A stretch of DNA of 64,000 nucleotides, taken from contig JALEFY010000037.1 in assembly GCA_022760435.1 (NCBI GenBank), forward strand, positions 211,944-275,943, read 5' to 3'. Of the stretch, positions 20,913 through 30,906 are shown in pieces. Numbering within the stretch: position 1 is the first letter of the stretch; each line of letters opens with the position of its first letter. The DNA is from Neomegalonema sp. (lineage in GTDB: Bacteria > Pseudomonadota > Alphaproteobacteria > Rhodobacterales > Rhodobacteraceae). Position numbers and translations under genes: made by a program. Below the pieces are notes generated by a model, which ran no database searches, was not told the origin of the DNA, and was given only the letters and a program-made list of their open reading frames with translations.

Positions 20913-21572
20913 ATGAGTGATCGCCGGATTGACCTCACCCCGACGCTGCTGATGAACGCCTATGCGGCGGGCGTCTTTCCCATGGCGGACAGCGCCGATG
21001 ATCCAGAGATTTACTGGGTTGACCCCGCCTATCGCGGGATCATCGATATGGACAATTTCCATATCCCCAAATCGCTCGCAAAAAAGATCAAGCAAGGAAG
21101 CTTCGAGGTTACGGTCGATCATGATTTCGATGGCGTGATGTTGGGCTGCGCCGATCGCACCGAGACCTGGATCAATGCCAAGATCCGCGAGCTCTATAAC
21201 GCGCTGCATGGGCTGGGGCGGGCGCATAGTATCGAGGTCTGGATGGATGGCGAGCTGGCGGGCGGGCTCTACGGCGTAACCCTGGGCGCGGCCTATTTTG
21301 GCGAGAGCATGTTCAGCTACCGCACCGATGCCTCGAAGATCGCGCTGGTCTATCTGCTCGCGCGATTAAAGGCTGGCGGGTTCGTGCTGCTCGACACCCA
21401 ATTCGTCACCGAGCATCTGCGCCGGTTTGGCGCGCGGGAGATGGCGCGGGCCGAGTATCATCGGCAACTCGGCAACGCGCTGGAGATGGAAGCGGATTTC
21501 CTGGAGCTCGACCCGCAAACGCCGGCTCAGGAAATCTTGCAGCTCAGCACCCAGACATCGAAACGCGGGTGA
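20913..21572 (+). CDS. aat: leucyl/phenylalanyl-tRNA--protein transferase
   Basis: 219 aa with the conserved LLxAYxxGxFPM... motif. Confidence 0.9.
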   Translation: MSDRRIDLTPTLLMNAYAAGVFPMADSADDPEIYWVDPAYRGIIDMDNFHIPKSLAKKIKQGSFEVTVDHDFDGVMLGCADRTETWINAKIRELYNALHGLGRAHSIEVWMDGELAGGLYGVTLGAAYFGESMFSYRTDASKIALVYLLARLKAGGFVLLDTQFVTEHLRRFGAREMARAEYHRQLGNALEMEADFLELDPQTPAQEILQLSTQTSKRG

Positions 21573-22036
21573 TCCATGGCCGAGAGGGCCGGTGAGGACG
21601 CGAACATCCATCCCGAATAGGCCTGAAGCGGCGGATCGGCCTTGGTATCGAAGACTTGCAGGAAGGCGCTGGCATCGAGAGCCGAGGCCGAGACCCGCTG
21701 GTTGCAGGCTTGCGCCGAAATCAACAGCCGCTCATAGCGGCCCTGCTCGCCGATCTTGATCTCGAACTTTTGGGAAGTACCGGTCAGCTTGTCGAGCCCA
21801 CGCAAAACGACGGTGACGCCGGGCGTGCTGGTCACTTCCTCCTGCGGGATCGTGCCGGGATCGCCCAAAGCCTCTCGCAGCGCATCGGCGGTGGCGTCCA
21901 GCGCATTGCCAGGGATCGGCGCAGGCTCACTATCAGTGCCTTGCAGGGGCGCCGGGTCCTGCTGCGCCAGAGCCGGCCCGAAACCGCCCAGCAAGAGAGC
22001 CGCCGTTGTGATCGCCAGTGCTGACCGCCGGATCAT
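21527..22036 (-). CDS. DUF2155 family periplasmic protein
   Basis: Signal peptide plus the conserved DUF2155 C-terminus. It sits next to MlaD, as is typical in alphaproteobacteria. Its 3' end overlaps aat convergently by 46 bp. Confidence 0.7.
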   Translation of the reverse strand: MIRRSALAITTAALLLGGFGPALAQQDPAPLQGTDSEPAPIPGNALDATADALREALGDPGTIPQEEVTSTPGVTVVLRGLDKLTGTSQKFEIKIGEQGRYERLLISAQACNQRVSASALDASAFLQVFDTKADPPLQAYSGWMFASSPALSAMDHPRFDVWVLSCKIS

Positions 22037-22491
22037 TCGGCGCCTCCACCAGCAGTGGTGTGGATCGCACGGGCTATCAGATCCATGAAATTCACCGAGC
22101 CCTGAGTGAGCTCGATCTCCTCGCCCCCCTCGAGCAAGATATCCGACACGCCCGGCTCGATCGACAGATAGGCGCTGCCCAGCAGCCCGTCCGAGGCGAT
22201 CTTGGCTGAGCTGTCCTCAGGCACGAGCACCCCATTCTCGACCGCCAGAATGACGCGAGCACGGGCGCGCTCCTGGTTGAGGGAAACTTGCTTCACCGAG
22301 CCGACCCGCACGCCAGCGATGCGCACATCGGCGCCGGGGGTCACGCCCTCAACGCTGCGAAATTCCGCGATCAGATCATAGCCACCGGCGGACGAACCCG
22401 GCGAGCTGTTCGAGGCATAGAGGGCAAAGCCCACCGCCACAGCGACGACGACCGCGCCGACCAGCGTTTCAAACGGGTTCTCGATCTTCAT
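22033..22491 (-). CDS. mlaD: MlaD / Mce-family lipid-asymmetry protein
   Basis: N-terminal TM and Mce domain (IAEFRSVEGVTPGADVRIAGVRVGSV). Confidence 0.8.
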   Translation of the reverse strand: MKIENPFETLVGAVVVAVAVGFALYASNSSPGSSAGGYDLIAEFRSVEGVTPGADVRIAGVRVGSVKQVSLNQERARARVILAVENGVLVPEDSSAKIASDGLLGSAYLSIEPGVSDILLEGGEEIELTQGSVNFMDLIARAIHTTAGGGAE

Positions 22492-22621
22492 CCGGCTTCA
22501 TCCCTGATAGCAACTCGACAGGCCGCGGATGCGGCGCCGTGCGGGCGCGCCTTGCCGCCCATGAACAGCGCGCACTATTCGCAGGATCTGTGGCGCGATC
22601 AAGTCAAGGACGCGCGATTTC

Positions 22622-23005
22622 TCAGCCGTTTGGGGACCAGGCGGTATAATCGCCACTCACACGCGGGCGTTCCTCGGGTGTGAGCACCGAGCCTGGCGGG
22701 TGATAGGCGGCGGCCGTTCCGGTCATATTGGCGCTATGCGCCTTTTCCCAGGGCTTCTGGGGCAAGGGTGCCTCGGTCGGCGGCGCATCATAGGTGTGGT
22801 GCAACCAGCCATGCCAATCTGGCGAGACCCGTGAGGCTTCGGAAACGCCGTTGAAGATCACCCAGCGGCGTTTGCCACCCTTGGTCTGATAATAGACATT
22901 GCCCTGATCATCCTCGCCGACCTTCTCGCCATTCATCGCCGTGAACAGGCGGGTGCCGAGGGTCTGACCGTTCCACCAGGTAAAGATCTGCGAAAACAAG
23001 CTCAC
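22622..23005 (-). CDS. NADH:ubiquinone oxidoreductase subunit NDUFA12-like protein
   Basis: The [22 protein letters not shown]...YYQT signature, at 127 aa. Confidence 0.85.
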   Translation of the reverse strand: MSLFSQIFTWWNGQTLGTRLFTAMNGEKVGEDDQGNVYYQTKGGKRRWVIFNGVSEASRVSPDWHGWLHHTYDAPPTEAPLPQKPWEKAHSANMTGTAAAYHPPGSVLTPEERPRVSGDYTAWSPNG

Positions 23006-23140
23006 CGGAGACTCCCTTGATCATCTGCGGCGCACTATGGCGAGGCCGGGGGATTTCGTCCAGCCCTGCCGGGCGCATGCCCTCAAAGAAGCGCGCGCAG
23101 CGTCGCCGACGCGGTGAACCCCCGCGCCGGCTGAAGCGAC

Positions 23141-23500
23141 TTACTTTTTCTTGTCGTAGATCGCTTCTTTTTTGAAGTGCTTGGCAAGCAGGTAATAGAC
23201 CACCGCGCGGTGCTTTTGCTTGGTGGATTTGCCGTATTGATCGATCACCGACGCGATGGCGCCGTCCAGATCTTCGCTTTCGGACAGGCCGAGCTTTTTC
23301 ATCAGGAAGTTGGTCTTCACCCGCTCCAGCTCGCTGTTATCGCTCGACGATACCAGTGAACTATCCGCGTTATAGATGGCCGGACCGCAGCCGATGGTCA
23401 CCTTTTTCAGGAAGTCCATATCCGGCTCGACACCGCATTTGGATTTCAGGTCCTCGGCATATTTAGCGATCAAAGCGTCCCGCTTGCTCATGGTTTTCAC
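23141..23500 (-). CDS. small conserved hypothetical protein (DUF2853-like)
   Basis: 119 aa, Lys-rich and soluble. The family assignment is from memory only. Confidence 0.5.
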   Translation of the reverse strand: MKTMSKRDALIAKYAEDLKSKCGVEPDMDFLKKVTIGCGPAIYNADSSLVSSSDNSELERVKTNFLMKKLGLSESEDLDGAIASVIDQYGKSTKQKHRAVVYYLLAKHFKKEAIYDKKK

Positions 23501-23586
23501 TCCCTATCACAACCTAGTGGGAATTGTTGTCTTAACCCCTATAAACCGGGCACAGCGCAGCGTCACCACAAATTTGTCGAGTGAGA

Positions 23587-24717
23587 TCAAAGGCTCGGCA
23601 AGTCGCCCTGGGCGCGCAATGCGTGAAAATCATGCTCGAAAGCGGCAAATTCACCATTTTGGATAGCCGAACGCATCCCGCTCATCAATTCTTGGTAATA
23701 ATGCAGGTTATGCCAGGTCATCAGCATCGATGAGATGATCTCCTGCGCCTTGAAAACGTGATGCAGGTATGCACGAGAGTAATGGCTACAGGCCGGGCAG
23801 GCGCAATCGGGATCTAGCGGGCGCGGATCATCGGCATGGCGGGCGTTCTTGATATTGATCACCCCGCGCCGGGTGAAGGCCTGACCATTGCGCCCCGAGC
23901 GGGTCGGCAGCACGCAATCGAACATGTCCACCCCGCGCGCCACCGCCCCGACCAGATCATCGGGCTTGCCCACCCCCATCAGATAGCGCGGTCGATCCTC
24001 GGGCAGCATGTCGGGCGCATGATCGAGCACGCCGAACATCAGCTCCTGCCCCTCGCCCACCGCCAGCCCGCCGATCGCATAGCCGTCAAAGCCGATCTCA
24101 CGCAGCGCATCGGCGCTCTGTGCGCGCAGATCCGGATAGATGCTGCCCTGCTGAATACCGAACAGGAAATGCCCCTCACGCGTCCCGAACGCGCTGCGCG
24201 AGCGCTCGGCCCAGCGCATCGACAGCTCCATGGAGGCGCGGGCCACGCCCTCATCGGCCGGAAAAGGCGTGCATTCGTCAAAGGCCATCACGATATCCGA
24301 GCCCAGAAGCCGCTGGATCTCCATCGAGCTTTCCGGGGTCAGCAGCCAGTCCGAACCGTCGATATGGCTCTTGAAGCGCACCCCCTGCTCGGTCAGCTTG
24401 CGCAGCTTGGCCAGCGACATCACCTGAAAGCCGCCTGAGTCGGTGAGAATGGGCCGGTCCCAGTTCATGAACTGGTGCAGCCCGCCCAGGGCCGCGACGC
24501 GCTCGGCGCCGGGGCGCAGCATCAGGTGATAGGTATTGCCGAGCAGGATATCGGCGCCGGTCTCGCGCACCTGCCCGGGCAGCATCGCCTTCACGGTGGC
24601 CGCAGTGCCAACCGGCATGAAGGCCGGCGTACGGATCTCGCCGCGCGGGGTCGAGATCAGGCCCAGCCGCGCCTTGCCATCAGTTTTGCTCAGCTTGAAG
24701 AACGGGGCTGTACTCAC
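23587..24717 (-). CDS. tgt: queuine tRNA-ribosyltransferase
   Basis: TIM-barrel TGT motifs, a Zn-binding CxCxxC...H and the catalytic Asp region. A GTG start was chosen ([14 protein letters not shown]...). The 552-aa track ORF is an upstream extension. Confidence 0.9.
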   Translation of the reverse strand: MSTAPFFKLSKTDGKARLGLISTPRGEIRTPAFMPVGTAATVKAMLPGQVRETGADILLGNTYHLMLRPGAERVAALGGLHQFMNWDRPILTDSGGFQVMSLAKLRKLTEQGVRFKSHIDGSDWLLTPESSMEIQRLLGSDIVMAFDECTPFPADEGVARASMELSMRWAERSRSAFGTREGHFLFGIQQGSIYPDLRAQSADALREIGFDGYAIGGLAVGEGQELMFGVLDHAPDMLPEDRPRYLMGVGKPDDLVGAVARGVDMFDCVLPTRSGRNGQAFTRRGVINIKNARHADDPRPLDPDCACPACSHYSRAYLHHVFKAQEIISSMLMTWHNLHYYQELMSGMRSAIQNGEFAAFEHDFHALRAQGDLPSL

Positions 24718-24825
24718 GCTACTTTCCTGACTAGTTTTCTCGGAAGATGGACGCGCCGCCGCGCGCGCCTTATATGTCAAACCAAATGAGGCATCAGCGC
24801 CTAGCAAGCGCGGAAGGAAACAGCA

Positions 24826-25206
24826 ATGGATCATGCATCCGCTCCGGCTCAGGTTGCCGCCCCGCTTGAGGGCGAGCCCCTGATCCGCCCCTCGAGCACC
24901 GATCATCCGCTTTATGACAATGTCATCGAGGCGATCCGGACCGTGTTCGACCCCGAGATCCCGGTCAATATCTATGATCTCGGGCTGATCTATACCGTGC
25001 TCATTTCGCAAGAAGGGGATGTCGATATCGACATGACCCTGACCGCGCCTGGCTGCCCGGTCGCTGGCGAGATCCCCGGCTGGGTCGCCGATGCTGTCGA
25101 GCCCCTCCCCGGGGTGAAGACGGTCGATGTCGAGATCGTCTGGGACCCGCCCTGGGACATGAGCCGGATGAGCGATGAAGCCCGGCTCGAACTGGGCATG
25201 CTGTAA
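24826..25206 (+). CDS. DUF59 / SufT-like Fe-S assembly protein
   Basis: 126 aa with the DUF59 motif ([17 protein letters not shown]...TLTAPGCP). Confidence 0.8.
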   Translation: MDHASAPAQVAAPLEGEPLIRPSSTDHPLYDNVIEAIRTVFDPEIPVNIYDLGLIYTVLISQEGDVDIDMTLTAPGCPVAGEIPGWVADAVEPLPGVKTVDVEIVWDPPWDMSRMSDEARLELGML

Positions 25207-25217
25207 GGGGAGGCATT

Positions 25218-25577
25218 GTGATGTTTGGCATTCCCGGAAAAGCACCGCTGACCCTGACGCCGGAGGCGGCCGAGCAGGTGCGCGCGCTCATGGCGGGCTC
25301 GGATGGCAAGGTCGTCGGCCTGCGCATTGGCGTGAAAAAGGGCGGCTGCGCTGGCATGGAATACACCATGGACTACGCCGAAGAGATCGGCCCGCATGAT
25401 GAGGTCGTCGAGCAGGACGGCGCCCGCGTGCTCATTGCGCCGATGGCGGCGATGTTCCTGATCGGCACCGAAATCCATTACGAGACCTCGCTGCTCGAGG
25501 CCGGGTTCAAGTTCCGCAACCCCAATGTCGTCGACGCCTGCGGCTGCGGCGAATCGGTGAAATTCGCCGAGCTGTGA
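25218..25577 (+). CDS. A-type Fe-S cluster carrier (IscA/SufA/ErpA family)
   Basis: 119 aa with three conserved Cys (GGCAGMEY...CGCGES). Confidence 0.88.
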   Translation: MMFGIPGKAPLTLTPEAAEQVRALMAGSDGKVVGLRIGVKKGGCAGMEYTMDYAEEIGPHDEVVEQDGARVLIAPMAAMFLIGTEIHYETSLLEAGFKFRNPNVVDACGCGESVKFAEL

Positions 25578-25712
25578 TTATGCGCCTCCCGCAGAAGCGG
25601 CGCTGTTAGGGAGGGGGAAGCCGGTCTACGCTCCCCCGCCCTCCCCCCTTGCACTGCCCCTCCATCTTGCCCCGCTACCTTGCCTCTCGACTTTGCCAAT
25701 GGGCCTTCCGGC

Positions 25713-26423
25713 TCAGAACAATTCCATGAGCTTCACCTTGTCGGTCAGCTCATTGGGATCGCCATCAAAGATGATGCTGCCGGTCTTCATCACCACCGCC
25801 CGCTGGGCGACGGGGATGGCGTATTTTAGGTTCTGCTCCACCATCAGGATCGAAGTGCCAAAGCGGGCGTTGATCGCGGTGATCGACTGCATCACCCGCT
25901 CGACGAATTTAGGCGCCAGACCGATCGAGGGCTCATCGAGGATCAGCACATCGGGCCCGTGCATCATCGCCATGCCAATCGCCAGCATCTGTTGCTGACC
26001 GCCGGACATGGTGCCCGCGATCTGCTTCTGGCGCTCCTTGAGGATCGGGAACAGCTCGAAAACGGTCTCGATCCGCTCTTCCTGCTTGGCCGCATCGCGC
26101 TCGACAAAGGCGCCGAGCACGATGTTCTGCATCACGGTGAGCGAGCCGAAGACGCCATGCCCCTGCGGCACGAAAGCGAGCCCGGCGCCGACATTGCTCG
26201 CCGGGGTGGCGTTGGTGATGTCGCGCGCCCCCTTGTGCACCGAGCCGCCCGTGACCGGCAGCAAGCCACAGATCGCGCGCACGCTGGTGGTCTTGCCAGC
26301 GCCGTTATGGCCGACCATGAGCAGGATCTCGCCGGTCTTCAGTTTCAGATCGACGGAATGAACCACCGTCTTGCCCGCATACCCGGCCGACAGGCCGCGG
26401 GCTTCGATTGCAAAATCGCTCAT
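25713..26423 (-). CDS. livF: branched-chain amino acid-type ABC transporter ATP-binding protein (LivF-like)
   Basis: Walker A GHNGAGKTT, signature LSGGQQQ and Walker B ILILDEPS. Confidence 0.9.
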   Translation of the reverse strand: MSDFAIEARGLSAGYAGKTVVHSVDLKLKTGEILLMVGHNGAGKTTSVRAICGLLPVTGGSVHKGARDITNATPASNVGAGLAFVPQGHGVFGSLTVMQNIVLGAFVERDAAKQEERIETVFELFPILKERQKQIAGTMSGGQQQMLAIGMAMMHGPDVLILDEPSIGLAPKFVERVMQSITAINARFGTSILMVEQNLKYAIPVAQRAVVMKTGSIIFDGDPNELTDKVKLMELF

Positions 26424-28153
26424 TTGAAGTACCTCGCCGCCAGTTCGGGATCCGTCATCACCTGCTCGGGCGTGCCGACCGCCATCGCCCGCCCTTCGTC
26501 GAGGAAATAGACCACGTCGCTCAGTTCCTTGATGACATCGAGATTGTGCTCGATGATGCAGACGACCTTGCCATTATCCGCAAGCTTGCGGATCACGGGC
26601 AGGATCTCGGCGAGGGTGGTCGGATCGAGCCCCGATAAAGGCTCGTCGAACAGCATCACTTCGGCGCCGGTAGCGAGCAGCCGCGCGATCACCAGCAGCT
26701 TTTCCTCGGCATAGGAGAGCGCGTTGACGGTCTCGTTCGCCTTGCCGTCAAGCTCGACAAAGCGCAGCACCTCCATGGCGCGAGCGAGGTTCTCATGCTC
26801 CTGGCGCGAGACCTTGGCCGGGCGCAGGAAGACTTGCCCCAGATCATCGCCCGCCTGATCGGGCAGCGAGACCAGCACGTTGTCGAGCACCGTCATGTTG
26901 CGAAACAGGCGCAGATCCTGGAAGGAGCGCGCGACCCCGGCGCCGACGATGCGGTGCGGCTTGAGGCCGAGCAGGCTGTTGCCGCGCAAGGTGATGCTGC
27001 CCTCATTGGGCTGCAAGAACCCGGTCAGCATGTTGAAGGCAGTGGTCTTGCCAGCGCCATTGGGCCCGATCAGACCGGTGATCTGCCCGGCCCGCATCTC
27101 GATATCAAAGCCCGAGACTGCGGTGATCCCGCCAAAGCGTTTGACCAGCCCCTTGGCATCGACCACGATCTCGCCCTTGCTCGATCCGTCTCCCACCACC
27201 AGCGAGGAGGCGTTGCCCCCCGCGCTCGCGGTTTCCTCGCCATCATGCAGCGCCCCGCGCGGCTCGGGCAGGATGCCTTGCGGCCGGAAACGCAGCACCA
27301 GGATCAGGATCACCCCATAGATCACCAACCGCATCTGATCGGCGATATCGGTCGGCATATCGAGGAATTTGAGCAGCTCGGGCAGAGCGACCAGCACCGC
27401 CGCGCCAATCACCGATCCCCACAGATTGCCGATCCCGCCAACGATCACCATCGCCAGAATGTAGATCGTCTCGTTGATCGAGAAGCTGTCGACGCTGACA
27501 TAATTGTAATAGCGCGCGAACATCGACCCCGCGAGCGCGGCCAGCGCGGCGGAGACGGCGAAGGTGCTCACCTTGAGGTAAAGCAGGTTCTTGCCGACCG
27601 CCTGCGCAGCGCTCTCGTTCTCGCGCATCGCCTTCATCGCCCGGCCGAACGGGGAATGCCCGACCTTCCAGGCAAAGACGAAGACCAGCGCCGTCACGAT
27701 CGCGGCATAGATCAGGAAATGGCTCGGATCGGAGAGCGCCACCCCGAAGAAGCTCAGCCCCGGAATGCCCCGCACGCCTTCGGTGCCGCCGGTCAGGCTC
27801 TTCCAGTTCAGGATCACTTGCAGCACGACAATTTGCAGCGCCAGCGTCACGATCACCAGATAGTCGCCGCGCGTGCGCAGCGCCGGGAGCGCGATCAGCA
27901 CCCCGACGATGCCGCCGATGAGCACCGCGAGGATCTCCGGCATCGGGAAGGGAAGCCCCGCCACCGCCGCAAGTCCGGTGGCATAGGCTCCGATCGCGAA
28001 GAACACCGCTTGTGAGAGGGCGAAGAGACCGGCAAAGCCGATCAGCAGATTGAAGGAGATGGCAAGCACGGCATACATGCAGACCATCACCAGGATATGC
28101 ATCACATATTCCATGGAAAATGCCCCCTCAGCGTTTGACGCCGAACAGCCCAT
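26420..28153 (-). CDS. fused LivM-like permease / LivG-like ATPase
   Basis: 577 aa. The N-terminal ~300 aa is polytopic membrane and the C-terminal half is an ABC ATPase (GPNGAGKTT, LSYAEEKLL, MLFDEPLSG). Confidence 0.85.
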   Translation of the reverse strand: MGCSASNAEGAFSMEYVMHILVMVCMYAVLAISFNLLIGFAGLFALSQAVFFAIGAYATGLAAVAGLPFPMPEILAVLIGGIVGVLIALPALRTRGDYLVIVTLALQIVVLQVILNWKSLTGGTEGVRGIPGLSFFGVALSDPSHFLIYAAIVTALVFVFAWKVGHSPFGRAMKAMRENESAAQAVGKNLLYLKVSTFAVSAALAALAGSMFARYYNYVSVDSFSINETIYILAMVIVGGIGNLWGSVIGAAVLVALPELLKFLDMPTDIADQMRLVIYGVILILVLRFRPQGILPEPRGALHDGEETASAGGNASSLVVGDGSSKGEIVVDAKGLVKRFGGITAVSGFDIEMRAGQITGLIGPNGAGKTTAFNMLTGFLQPNEGSITLRGNSLLGLKPHRIVGAGVARSFQDLRLFRNMTVLDNVLVSLPDQAGDDLGQVFLRPAKVSRQEHENLARAMEVLRFVELDGKANETVNALSYAEEKLLVIARLLATGAEVMLFDEPLSGLDPTTLAEILPVIRKLADNGKVVCIIEHNLDVIKELSDVVYFLDEGRAMAVGTPEQVMTDPELAARYFK

Positions 28154-28994
28154 CGGGCCGCAGCATCAGCATGAGAAACAGGATGATGAAGGCGATCGAG
28201 CTCTGCCAGTCGGTCGAGATCTGCCACAGCCCCGCGCTCTCGACAAAGCCGATCAGGAACCCGCCCGCGACCGCGCCGCGCAGGGATCCGATGCCGCCGA
28301 CCACGACCGAAAGAAAGGCGAGAAAGACCGCCGAGAAGCCCATATGCGTCCCGGCGCTGTCCTTGAGCAGGATCAAGACCGCAGGCACCGCTGCGATGGC
28401 CGAGCCGATCGCAAAGACCAGCAGCGCAACAAAGCGGGTGTCGATGCCGACGATCTGCGCCATCTCGGCATTATCGGTCATCGCCATGATCGCCTGGCCA
28501 TAGCGGGTAAAGCGCAGGAACAGCGCGAGCGCTCCGCCAACCAGGATCAGGGCCGCGATCTGCATGAGCTGGAAGGAGGTGACAAAGACCGGCCCCAGAA
28601 AAAAGACATCGCTATCAATGCCCTGCACCGATTTGACGCCGGTGCCAAAGATCACCCCGAGCAGGTTCTCGATCACGGTATAAAGCCCCAGCGAGGCGAT
28701 CAGCGTGACCAGCCCGCTATCGCTGCGGCTTTGCAGCGGGCGATAGACGATCAGATAGCTGAGCAGCCCCAGCACGATCGCCGCGATTACACACAGGCCG
28801 AACGCTGCCCAGAACGGCAAGCCAAGCTGCATGAAGCTATACCAGCAGACATAGGCCGTCGCCGCGTAGATCGGCCCATAGGCGAAATGCACCAGCTTGG
28901 TGGTGGCGAAAATCAGCCCAAACCCTATGCCAAGCAGAGCATAATGGCTGCCATTCACCAGCCCGTTCATCATCAGTTGCAGTAAAAGATCCAT
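28128..28994 (-). CDS. livH: branched-chain amino acid-type ABC permease (LivH-like)
   Basis: 288 aa polytopic membrane protein of the LivH family. Confidence 0.85.
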   Translation of the reverse strand: MDLLLQLMMNGLVNGSHYALLGIGFGLIFATTKLVHFAYGPIYAATAYVCWYSFMQLGLPFWAAFGLCVIAAIVLGLLSYLIVYRPLQSRSDSGLVTLIASLGLYTVIENLLGVIFGTGVKSVQGIDSDVFFLGPVFVTSFQLMQIAALILVGGALALFLRFTRYGQAIMAMTDNAEMAQIVGIDTRFVALLVFAIGSAIAAVPAVLILLKDSAGTHMGFSAVFLAFLSVVVGGIGSLRGAVAGGFLIGFVESAGLWQISTDWQSSIAFIILFLMLMLRPDGLFGVKR

Positions 28995-29083
28995 ACTCCA
29001 CTCCCATGCGGCGGGAGCGAGGGCAGATCCGCCCTCGCCCCAGGGTCTGTTCTCCTTGAGCTGTCAAATGATCGTGCGTCGGC

Positions 29084-30241
29084 TTAGTCAGCCGAGACGT
29101 AGCGGAAGAATTTCGCCTGACCGTCCTTGACCGAGAAAAGCGCCACTTTCTTTTTGGCAACGCCGTTTTCCTGGTAGGTCATCTTGCCACCATAGACGCT
29201 GTCAAATTGCGGATCGGCCTTGATGGCATCCGCCAGCTTGTCGCCACGATAATAAGCGCCGCCTTGGGCCTTGGCACGGCGAATGGCTTCGGCCGCGACA
29301 TAGACATTCTCGTAGTAATTGGCAGCATAGAAGTCTGGCTTTTCGCCATACTTGGCTTCATAAGCGTCAGAGAACGCTTTCGACCACGGATATTCTTCGG
29401 TCGCGGTAAAGTAGTCTGAGGTATACTGGAACCCGTCCGAGGCATCCCCGGCGGCCTTTTGAGTATCGGGGGTGAATTCGATACCGATGATCGGCTTTGT
29501 AAAGCGGAACTCGCGCAGCCGCTTCAGCGCAAGGCCGGGCTCCGGGCTAAACAGCCACAGCGCGACAAAATCCGGGTTGGAGGCACGGATCTTGGCGATC
29601 TGGGTGTCGATATTCGATGCGCCGATCTCGACATATTCGGTAGCCGCGATTGTGCCGCCCATGGCGCCCCAATACTTGTTCGCCACTTCCTCGATCGACT
29701 CGCCGGCATCGTTTTTCCACACAAGCTGCGACATCTTCTTGAGCCCCAGACCATGGGCATGGCGCAGCGCTGCCAACCCCAGATCGGAGGCAAGCGAGCG
29801 GTTGTGGAACAGGTATTTCGACGCCCCGACCAGCGCCGCGCTCACCCCGCCGCCATTCAGGAGCAGGACCTTTTTCTCATCCGCGATCGGCGCGATGGCC
29901 AGGGTCGGGCCCGAAAAGGAGGTCAGAACGACTTGCGTGTTCTCGAGATTGATCAGGCGGTTGAGGGCGGCGACGCCTTCCTTGGCGACCCCGCTTTTGT
30001 GATCCTCGATCACCGCTTCGAGCGGAATGCCGTCGATGCCGCCCTTGGCGTTGATTTCCTCGATCGCGAGATTGATGCCCTGGCTCATCACTCGGCCATA
30101 TTCATTCGCCGCGCCGCTCATCGCGAGGATGGCGCCGATCTTGTAGCTTTCAGGATCCTGCGCGAGTGCCGCGCTGCCCGAGGCCAGCCCGGTCGCGAGC
30201 GCAAGCCCGGCAAGGGCGGTTTTCTTCAGTATAGTCAGCAC
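29084..30241 (-). CDS. Liv-type periplasmic substrate-binding protein
   Basis: Signal peptide and periplasmic binding protein type I fold, at 385 aa. Confidence 0.85.
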   Translation of the reverse strand: MLTILKKTALAGLALATGLASGSAALAQDPESYKIGAILAMSGAANEYGRVMSQGINLAIEEINAKGGIDGIPLEAVIEDHKSGVAKEGVAALNRLINLENTQVVLTSFSGPTLAIAPIADEKKVLLLNGGGVSAALVGASKYLFHNRSLASDLGLAALRHAHGLGLKKMSQLVWKNDAGESIEEVANKYWGAMGGTIAATEYVEIGASNIDTQIAKIRASNPDFVALWLFSPEPGLALKRLREFRFTKPIIGIEFTPDTQKAAGDASDGFQYTSDYFTATEEYPWSKAFSDAYEAKYGEKPDFYAANYYENVYVAAEAIRRAKAQGGAYYRGDKLADAIKADPQFDSVYGGKMTYQENGVAKKKVALFSVKDGQAKFFRYVSAD

Positions 30242-30344
30242 TGTAATTCCTCCAAGGATGCGCGGCTTTCGTCGTTATGTTGTTGAGCCGCCGTGAAAAA
30301 GAGGCGGAGGCCTTACGCCCCCGCCAGTGGGGTCCGGGCAGGGA

Positions 30345-30869
30345 TTACACCCCGGACACGCTGACCGACCCGGCGAGCTTCGCGCGGGCTTCGGCCTGCA
30401 TTCTGAGAAATTCGGGATTGCTTGGCCGATGCATCGGCTTGCCGGCCCAGCCGTCTTGCAGGCGGGTCAGGAAATCGAGATGGACGATCTTGCGAGCGAA
30501 TTTCCAATGCCCGCCCTCGCGCCGCATCTCTTCCTCGTAATGGCCGACCGAGAGATAGCTCTCGCCGCCCTTCACCGACCAGTATTGCAGCGAGGTGGTG
30601 CCGGTGGCGCGATCGCCCGCGATGTCGATGGTCTCATTGCCGATGAAATGCCACATGTCCTCGGCCATCATCGGCACTTGCTCGGCGAAGAACTGGCGCA
30701 GATCCGTACGGCCCTTGGCGATGCCCAGACCCTGGAAATACCCGTCCTCGGTGAACAGATCGACGACCTCATCAACCCGGCGCTGATCGAGCAGGAAGCA
30801 GTAGCGGGCGCGAAGCTGGCGGATGGCCAGATCATCCTCGATGCGGGTGAGGCGCTCATTCATATCCAT
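30345..30869 (-). CDS. SnoaL-like / NTF2-like domain protein
   Basis: 174 aa with a typical NTF2-like alpha+beta cone sequence (DEVVDLFTEDGYFQ...). Confidence 0.6.
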   Translation of the reverse strand: MDMNERLTRIEDDLAIRQLRARYCFLLDQRRVDEVVDLFTEDGYFQGLGIAKGRTDLRQFFAEQVPMMAEDMWHFIGNETIDIAGDRATGTTSLQYWSVKGGESYLSVGHYEEEMRREGGHWKFARKIVHLDFLTRLQDGWAGKPMHRPSNPEFLRMQAEARAKLAGSVSVSGV

Positions 30870-30906
30870 GGGTTTCCTCCGTTTTTTTTCGTTTGTTGTT
30901 ATGGGC

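Noticed and set aside
23587-25245. 552-aa tgt ORF as given in the track
   Set aside because: TGT homology begins only at [14 protein letters not shown]. The upstream ~175 codons overlap the plus-strand sufT-like gene and lack coding signal, so the gene was trimmed to a GTG start at 24717.
25578-25700. Possible terminator after the sufA-like gene (cctccc...gggagg)
   Set aside because: The stem is interrupted, the loop is long and there is no U-tract. Not convincing.
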